A DNA stretch of 61,213 nucleotides. Origin: Dimargaris cristalligena (taxonomy: Eukaryota). Positions 53,232 to 61,213 of this stretch are shown here, piece by piece. The notes beneath the pieces were generated by a model. It was not told where the DNA came from, made no database searches, and saw nothing but the letters and a program-made list of their open reading frames with translations. The translations under genes were made by a program, and so were the position numbers. The DNA lies in assembly GCA_003614675.1 (NCBI GenBank), contig ML002241.1, forward strand, positions 1 to 61,213. Reading direction: 5' to 3'. How positions within the stretch are numbered: the first letter of the stretch is position 1; every line of letters starts with the position of its first letter.

Positions 53232-54277
53232 GGCCTGAGAGTCAGAAACGTGGATGACGACGGAATAGGACGGGGAAACAGACAGCGTGTGGGCGTACAA
53301 TATTAGAGGGAGGGGCAGATGAGGGAATGCGGCCAAAGTTGTACAGACCCTAAACTGTTCAGGACAGATGGTACAGGGTTAATCACGGACAGTGCGGGAA
53401 TGGAAGGACCAAAGTAAAGAAGCGGTAAACGAGGCGGAGTAAGGGTCACACACACACACATACGAAGAAAAGGTTTGTTTGGTGGGTAGAAGTATCCTAA
53501 ACCCCAGGGGCTCGCGCAATGGTCTTGGGCGTGTGTTAGTTAGATGAGAGAGTGCCTTAAGCTGTCAGCAGGATGCATTGCCAGGCCTTTGTGAGTACAA
53601 GTTTCGCCAATCTCCGCTTGCAAAAAAAGCCTTGGAACAATATGCAACGGCGGTGGATTTTCCACGCTGGGAAACCAGAAGGCCATCGGGATTGACGACG
53701 CTCTGTTTTTCATTGGGCTAATTAGTCCGTGGATATCGTGGCCTTTAGATAGAGGACCGGGCTCAAGAGTAACAAATTGACATGATAGTCATGAAATTGG
53801 CCGATTAATATCGGCATCCATAGCCGACTAGCAATGTGAATTAACCCACGATACTAAATCCCGATAATAGCTTCCAATCCAACCCCATATTTTGGCTCCA
53901 TGTAAAGTGCTTCCCCGGGGATGGTGCCTAAACGGGTGTAACACCGCGGGGTGAGTTCCCCACTCTCAGCGCTGGGTCATAAGGAGCTGACCAGTTGACA
54001 TACCCCCAAAGCTATGGAAATGGGAAATATGTCAGTAACAAAACTGGTTCCGAGTTGGGTGGTTTTGCGTCCTTTCTAAACCTACCTCATTTAATGTGGC
54101 CCAGGATTCGCTAAACTGGATCACTATATCCCATAGGCATGCCTTCGCCAGGACTCCTTTTCACCTGCCTACTAGTCATTATCAAGCTCCTGTCGTGCCA
54201 TTTCATGTGCATCATTCAGCAAAGATAATTAGTACTTGACTAGGCCCCCGCCAAAGCACCATACTGGGTTGGATAAA

Positions 54278-54299
54278 GAGAGAGAGAGAGAGAGAGAGA
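54278..54299. repeat. (GA)n microsatellite
   Basis: gagagagagagagagagagaga seen directly. Confidence 0.85.
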
Positions 54300-54669
54300 A
54301 GGCTGTATTACTCTAAGGATATGGTATGGTGGGGCGTGGCGGGATGTACATCACGTGATAGTAATTACACCCTTCCAAAGCGAGTGGGTCTTGTTTAGGC
54401 AGGCGGCCTTACTCTTCGCCGTTGTGTGTGCTGCAGGCACAGGGAGGATACACCTCGCCCATATTCGCCTATGGATTGGAGAGGTATTGGTAGGGAGAAA
54501 ATGTCTGCACAATGAAGAAGACCATCGACACCAGCGTCAATGTGGATTCTCCCTCTTTCCCGCCAAGTACTTGACCCAAGTGACGCCCCATAGTCCTTCA
54601 ATCCTTCTCTTTTTCCAAAAACTCCCTACAATCCCCTTACCGTAGGCATCGTTTTACGAATTTTCCAAG

Positions 54670-55639
54670 ATGGTGGCCCCTCGCAAGACCGTTACGATCG
54701 TTAAGAAGCGCTCCAAGCCCTTCCTCCGCCACCAGTCGGACCGTTACAAGACCGTCAAGGTAAGACCATCCCATCCATCCATCCATCCATCCATCCGTCC
54801 GTCCGATTGTATAGCCCTGTGACAGGCTCGCGAGAACTAGACTGGGTCCCGTACGACGATGCCGTCATCGAATCCATCGAAATACACCGTATCCTAATCG
54901 GATGGATGAAAGCCTCGCGCCAATTATCGAGTATGCGATGGAATCGAAACTAAACGGTCGATGAACGAGTCTCTCGTTTCGGTCATGGCGCTGCGGGCCT
55001 AGTCCAAGGTACCCAAATTCCTAGAACCTGGCCGATTCGAAGTCGATGTCTCCAACCGAGCGACGGAATACTCTCCACATGTTCCGAATCCTCGAAGCTC
55101 ACTTACACAGTTACTCTTCTCGTCACAATCCCGGTCTAGTCTGTTCCCCGGATTCCGCCCGAATTCACCTACCATAACATCGCATTGTCTAACCATCTAT
55201 TTATTTATGTGTTTCCTCTGTGCCCGAATCACTCGGTCTCCTAATGTATTCTCTCGTCCCGCTGTTGCGTTGCGCCTGTCCATCGAATGCCTTTCCTCTG
55301 TTTTCATTTTTTTGTTGGTTCATTATCTAGGCCTCCTGGCGCAAGCCCAAGGGTATTGACAACCGTGTCCGTCGTCGTTTCCGTGGCCAACTGCCCATGC
55401 CCAGCATTGGTTATGGTTCCAACAAGAAGACCCGTCACGTCCTGCCCTGCGGTTTCAAGAAGGCCATTGTCAACAACCTGAAGGATCTCGAATCCCTGAT
55501 GGTGTGCAACAAGACCTACGCCGCCCAGATTGCCCACTCCGTGAGCGCCAAGAGCCGTGCCGAGATTATCCAGCGGGCCCAGGAACTGGACGTCCACGTC
55601 CTGAACCGTTCCGCTCGTCTCCGCACTGAAGAGAAATAA
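54670..55639 (+). CDS. RPL32: 60S ribosomal protein eL32, 2 coding exons
   Basis: [66 protein letters not shown]. Exons 54670-54759 and 55331-55639; (CCAT)n repeat in the intron. Confidence 0.97.
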
Positions 55640-57361
55640 ATGGTTTAAAATACTCTTTATTTTTGGCCTACTAAATACACTCTCCCACCTCCTCCCCCCT
55701 TCCTACCTTCACAATCTACTGTATCTCCCCCTCACCTCTCTCCAAATTGACACTCTCCGCTTGGAATACTCTAAATAAACGAGCACGCTGTGGTTTTGGG
55801 CTGTCGCATCTTAATTCACTTGATTATAAGTTATTGAATACTCCGTCTTCGCCACTGCAATACTTGCGCGTTGAATGGTGGCGTGTATTGTTTTAGGCCA
55901 ACCGTTTCCTAGAATTTGTTTTTCGTAAATTTGAATGACTAATAGTCCAGTGGATGGAACGGACCATGATAGGTGTTCCGATGAATGCCTATTTCTACCA
56001 TCGTCAGGGTTATTCAAAGTACATCTGTTCGATCATTAGTCATTCAAATTTAATGAAGAGATTATACTAACTGTTGGGAAGCTGTAATAATAATGTCCTT
56101 TAGAATAGAAATCAGTACCCTAATTTCAGGGTTAATTCGAGGTATTGCGACAGAAATCTAGCAACTATATACAACGGTTACATCAGTTAAAAGACTATAA
56201 TCGTGATACTTGCCGCCTGGAAAACCGAAGGGTACGACTAAGTATATCTTGTGTTAGAGTGGTTGGTCGATATCCTGTGCAGCTCTTGTATACTTCTCCC
56301 TATCTGAACCTAACGTATGTATTCGGGTTTCCATGTTGTCATTTGCACATTTTCTGCAACTCCCCTGAGCAATAACCCTTAATGCTCCGAGCACAGCCCG
56401 AGAATCGGTTAGAATGTGAGGAATCCCTGGACCACACCATATGTCTCGCAGTACACTTGTCACTCTATTCATTTATCCAATCATGCATGAGCCTTGGTGA
56501 AGCCCCCATTTCTAGTTAGTATTTACCATGAGATAAGTCCTTTTGGATTCAGTACGCCAACACCTGGAAGTGTGCATGCCGGGGGGTGTAGCCAGTGTTG
56601 GAGAACCCTCCATCTCCCTCTCTCCTAAAAAAATCACAGAGCAGTCACACCTGGTTAGGAGTGAACATAAATACTATCATTCACATCCCCTGCGTTTAGC
56701 CTCTCATCATCACATTCCAAGTTATCCAGCGACAGGGGAAAATTCCTGGTCCGATTCGTCTTGTTATATTTCAAATCATCATCATTATCTTCATTGTCAC
56801 AGCTTTGGATAGTGTGTTTGAAAGGGACCTATCTCTGGAGGTATTGTTTGTCCACGGGTGCGCATCCATTAGATCTGAAGAATAGCCAGGGTCGAAGTAG
56901 CACTAGTCCTTCCGATAAACTTGGCCTTTATACACACATATTACATATTCGTTAACTGAGGCCAATTAGCCTGAATTTATTTGGTTAATTTTCCCTTGAA
57001 TAGTATAAATAATGGCCCTATTCCCACCTGACTACGGCCATTAACATACATTTCAGAGACGCGGATCACTCTTCCATCCATTCAATATTTTCTCAATCGT
57101 GTCAAAGTGTATCTATTGAAGGAGGTCTGTGCCTTGGGTGTATTCACAAGTTACTGAAGCCAATCGATCCAAACCACAACCCCATCCCACCAGGAATTCG
57201 CTGACCTTAAATATAAGAAGTCCCTCGAATTCTCCGGATAAATCGCGTAGTTTAATGAACCACTTGCTTAGCTGTCATTGCCGTTTACTTTATTTGGACC
57301 CGCGTAAATCCGGACTCCACCTCAACATCTTTTACCAGAGAGCTCTTTCCCTTAGTTCACC

Positions 57362-58641
57362 ATGCCAACCACCGCCAGCCCCGATCCATGGAAGCCCCAG
57401 CTCTATGATAAATATAGCGCACACCACACGCCCACTCAAGCCCAGTCGATTATAGACTGCCTCCACCAGCACTTAACCCCCCGCTCCCGACTGCTGGACC
57501 TCGGCTGTGGCACGGGTGTAACTACCGTCCGATTTCAGGATTGCTGTGCCCATGTGGTAGGGGTAGACAAGAGCCCGGCCATGGTTGCGGCCTCTCGGCA
57601 GCGCGGGTGCTATGACGTTCGTGTGGCCGATGGACACGACTTGCAAGAGGCAGGTATTCGGCCCGAAGAGTTCGATGCAGTATACTCGCATGACGGTAAG
57701 TGGTTTTCCGAGATGGATGCAATAGTTCCGCTATTCAAAGGGTTAGAGGGTGGTTGCGAACCAGACAGATGGTCATGGATTCTAATGGTGCCTTGGTATC
57801 TAATAGACACGTTCCATATATATATATATATATATATGTATTCGACTCTCACTTTTGGCAATATCCTATTATCCGAATGTACCTCCGGCATTATAATTTC
57901 CAGCCATTCACTGGATGAAAAAGGACCCAGTCAAGGTAGTTCGCGAAATTCACCGCTGCTTGAAACCAGGTGGCTATTTGACGGCCAAGTTCTTTGCCCA
58001 CCATGGCATGTCGGGTAAGTCAATATCTGAGATGATCAAAAAGCCCAATCATTAAGTTAACGGGCTTTTGTTGAGGATTTACGTACCTTATTTTAAAGAA
58101 TATCAGGCATAGGCCTGAGTGCTACCGGCCACGCCTTCACATATACTACATTAGCCCAGCCGACCTGATAGCCACCCCCCTCCTCTCTCTCTTCTTGCAT
58201 TCGGGTAAGCAACATCTACCCATAACCGTACAACCACCATATTAACCCCAACTTCACTCCTCCCTTATACCATTCGACTGCAACCACGTTATATCAGCCA
58301 TCTACTCGACCCTCATTGCCGTCGTTGGACAATACGGCCAGGATGGAGCTGCACTTGCCCCCTGGTACCTTCCCACCGCTGACGAGTACAAGGCGATCCT
58401 CGAGCAAAACGGGTTTCGGGTCCACGCCATTAATGTGACCCCTGAAATTGTGCCCTTGAATATCACGGTACGAATGGCCCTCGACATGTTTGCCGATAGC
58501 TTTGTGGGCAGCTGGGCCGACGAGGCAACTAAGAATGAGGTATTCGACAAGGTGGTCCAAGCCGTTGAACCCGTTATATGCCGCGGGGGGGTTTATTATG
58601 CCGACTATGTTAATCTCAGTGTCGTTGCAGAGAGGCTTTAA
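57362..58641 (+). CDS. Class I SAM-dependent methyltransferase (trans-aconitate methyltransferase-like), 3 exons
   Basis: LLDLGCGTG, GVDKSPAMV, FDAVYSHDAIHWMK, LKPGG, PWYLPTADEYKAILEQNGF, ADYVNL. Exons 57362-57695, 57904-58014, 58298-58641. Confidence 0.88.
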
Positions 58642-59838
58642 AAATAATGGGATGTCTTCATTTGGTCTGGCTTTAGCCGTGGCGGAGCACCTTTACCAAT
58701 ATTTGAATCTCGAGACTAAGCCAGGTATTTTATTTAACATTTTACTCCTCGACAGTTATAGATGGGATATAGGTTAATAAATAAACAGATGCCATATGTA
58801 TTGGCATCTACCGAATCCACTTGGAACCCTCTCCGCCCACCTCACGTTGATGCAAGCACCTCGCTTATCCAATGTACATTTTGTACCAGCTGGTACTGGA
58901 TCATTCTCGCCACAATCCTCGAGTCGAGTTGATGGGCAATGCGGGTTTGTTGGTCACGACCTAAAATACTGCCACAGGCATTATCGAGCTTATGCAAAGT
59001 AGCGTCTGGCTAAAGCTCAGCTATTACGATTGGTCCAGCCCTTTAATGGGATGCATCCCGTTTTGGATAGTTGTACTACTTGGAGATGAAAAGAACAGTA
59101 CGAACCATGGGCAAAAGCATATTGTTTTCCCCACCTGACCTCCGCGGCCTATGTCTGGATATAGAATAAATATGGATGTAGTACCAGCTGCGTCGTTAGT
59201 GTGAGGTGTCTTTAAAAACCAATTACCCCTACCATGCCTTTAAAATGAAAGAGGGCGGGTTGTTTTGAGCCAAGTCAAGGAATATAAAGTATATCCATCA
59301 AGACCAGTGTGACCTTCATTGGCTGTCGTAGTTCCGCTATATAGAGGTGGTGTGCGTACCCCGCCCTCTTTTGTACACCCCAGATGACATCGGAGACGGT
59401 GTGGGTTAACAGCCGCCTTCCGATTCGTGGAGGAGGAGGGGAAGGGGCTGTTGTGTGGCCAGAGCTCTTAATTTGCGGCATTCCTCTAATGGGACGCGGG
59501 ATCATAATAATGGTGCCTCCCCCCACTTTGTGTCCAACGTAATCAATGTGGCCTAGTAAGTGATGCCGGCGGGTGAAAGAGTGGATTTCCCGATTTTTCG
59601 CCTTAGTTTCATAAAAGGAGACCGCTGGCCCCACTGTCCCCATTATTTGCACCTTTCCCTTTTAAAAAAGATATATATATATATATAGATAAGTACTTGT
59701 TCGTTTTCTCCGGCACCTTTTATATTTCTCGGCCTCTTACGTTGCCTTTTATTATCTAAAACTAACAACCCCTCCGACCCGGTCCCGAAGCTCCTATTAC
59801 CAACTGCAAGTCTCTTTCCCGACCTCATTCACTCTACC

Positions 59839-60625
59839 ATGACCCTAAGCAATGACATGACCAACGCCAATTTCCCCGTCGATGGGGAAGGCCGTACTTA
59901 CCACGTCGGCCTGAAATGCGGTGAAGGTAAGCCCCTCTACTCCCTCCCTTTGGTGAGGTCCTTGGTCTCTCTACTACCCTATGCCTTGTTTTGCATCTCG
60001 GCAAATTCCCTATATACGTAGTTTCCGGGTTGTTTGGAAACCCCTTTATTGGACAGGCCCACAAGTGCTAGCAGGCATAAAAAAATAACAAAAGTTACGT
60101 ATAGAAGTACCGCCTCGGCTGCACATTAGCCGAGGAGGGAAGCGGTAAAGAATGAGCGGGGAGGAGTACACTTTGGACTGTTTTGGCTCCCACGTCATTC
60201 AAGCCCCTGACCGGCGATATGCCATCAAATTTTGGGATACCCACTTTCTGGTCGCTCCCCCCTCCCCTAGTGAGCCTTATTAAGACTAGCGGTGCGCGTG
60301 CCGTGGATGTGAGCAACATGTGGCTAACTGGTTCCCGGGGATTTTTAAATACCTCTATGCATGTCATGCGGGAATATCTCCGGTCACTAACCTCGCTCCT
60401 GGTTCAATTTATATGTCAATATCCACCATATATATTTCTCTCCCCCCATCCGTTTTAGTGGCCCACCGCGTTATTACCGTGGGCGACCCAGAACGCGCCG
60501 GTAAATTCGCGAAGCTCCTTGACCAGGAGGACGCCGACCTGTTCGCCCACCTGTCGCATCGCGGTTTTTACACCATCACGGGTACCTACAAGGGCGTCCC
60601 CGTGAGCATCGTGGCTATTGGCATG
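59839..60625 (+). CDS. Purine/uridine phosphorylase-family gene, 5' exons only (interrupted by a fold-back)
   Basis: MTNANFPVDGEGRTYHVGLKCGE|VAHRVITVGDPERA...HRGFYTITGTYKGVPVSIVAIGM. Exons 59839-59926 and 60459-60625. The next exon, GMSMMDFFVREVRAVVQGPMAMIR, lies on the minus strand at 60746-60676. Confidence 0.85.
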
Positions 60626-61213
60626 GTAAGTCTGGGACACCCTAGTGAGTTGATTTCATAAACATTCTCATCAACCGAATCATAGCCATAGGGCCTTGAA
60701 CAACGGCCCGCACTTCGCGCACGAAGAAGTCCATCATGGACATACCCTAAAGTAACATAGGGGATTAACAAAAGACATTGGAAAGCATGTGGTTAGTCAC
60801 CAATCATTATAGATTGAAATATACATAAAGGATATGGTCCTTGGATTGTAATTACTGCCCAAGTCAACTGACACCTCATGTGCATATTTGGACTGCCGTA
60901 ACCCTAGGCCCAATATATATATATATATATATGCAAGTATTATTATCAGGCATGGGCCAGGCACTCTGGGTTGTATGGCCCTCCCTTTGCATGATTCGAT
61001 TGATGAGAATGTTTATGAAATCAACTCACTAGGGTGTCCCAGACTTACCATGCCAATAGCCACGATGCTCACGGGGACGCCCTTGTAGGTACCCGTGATG
61101 GTGTAAAAACCGCGATGCGACAGGTGGGCGAACAGGTCGGCGTCCTCCTGGTCAAGGAGCTTCGCGAATTTACCGGCGCGTTCTGGGTCGCCCACGGTAA
61201 TAACGCGGTGGGC
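60461..61213. repeat. Fold-back inverted duplication: 223-bp arms around a 307-bp spacer
   Basis: 60461-60683 is the reverse complement of 60991-61213 with one mismatch (60675/60999); the right arm runs to the window end. Confidence 0.95.

Noticed and set aside
53910..53980. tRNA-like GC hairpins in the PMT4/RPL32 intergenic region
   Set aside because: No T-loop GTTCRA or cloverleaf.

Overview
Eukaryotic, intron-rich fungal genomic DNA with GT-AG introns and CTRAC/CTAAT branch points. Gene content and style suggest an early-diverging fungus, possibly a Zoopagomycota mycoparasite such as Dimargaris; this is inference, not checked. Housekeeping genes reconstructed by hand: DUG3-type glutamine amidotransferase, an SLF2/Nse6-like protein, VMA4, complex I 24-kDa subunit (with an apparent frameshift), a six-exon SEN15 absent from the ORF track, an SDR, TTC1-like, TGS1, a G-patch/C2H2 protein, arginase, a small coiled-coil protein, a WD40 protein, PMT4, RPL32, a SAM methyltransferase and a uridine-phosphorylase-like gene. 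Accessory content: a tandem cluster of intronless secreted orphan genes including one pseudogene (4.0-11.8 kb), two more small secreted proteins (one resembles a processed cationic-peptide precursor), a Cys-rich GPI protein, and five copies of a ~145-bp MITE. The most intriguing unexplained element is a ~495-nt GC-rich, self-complementary segment between VMA4 and NDUFV2. The window ends in a fold-back inversion that is probably an amplification or assembly artefact. No tRNA, rRNA or CRISPR was recognised. All family assignments come from recalled motifs; no database searches were run.
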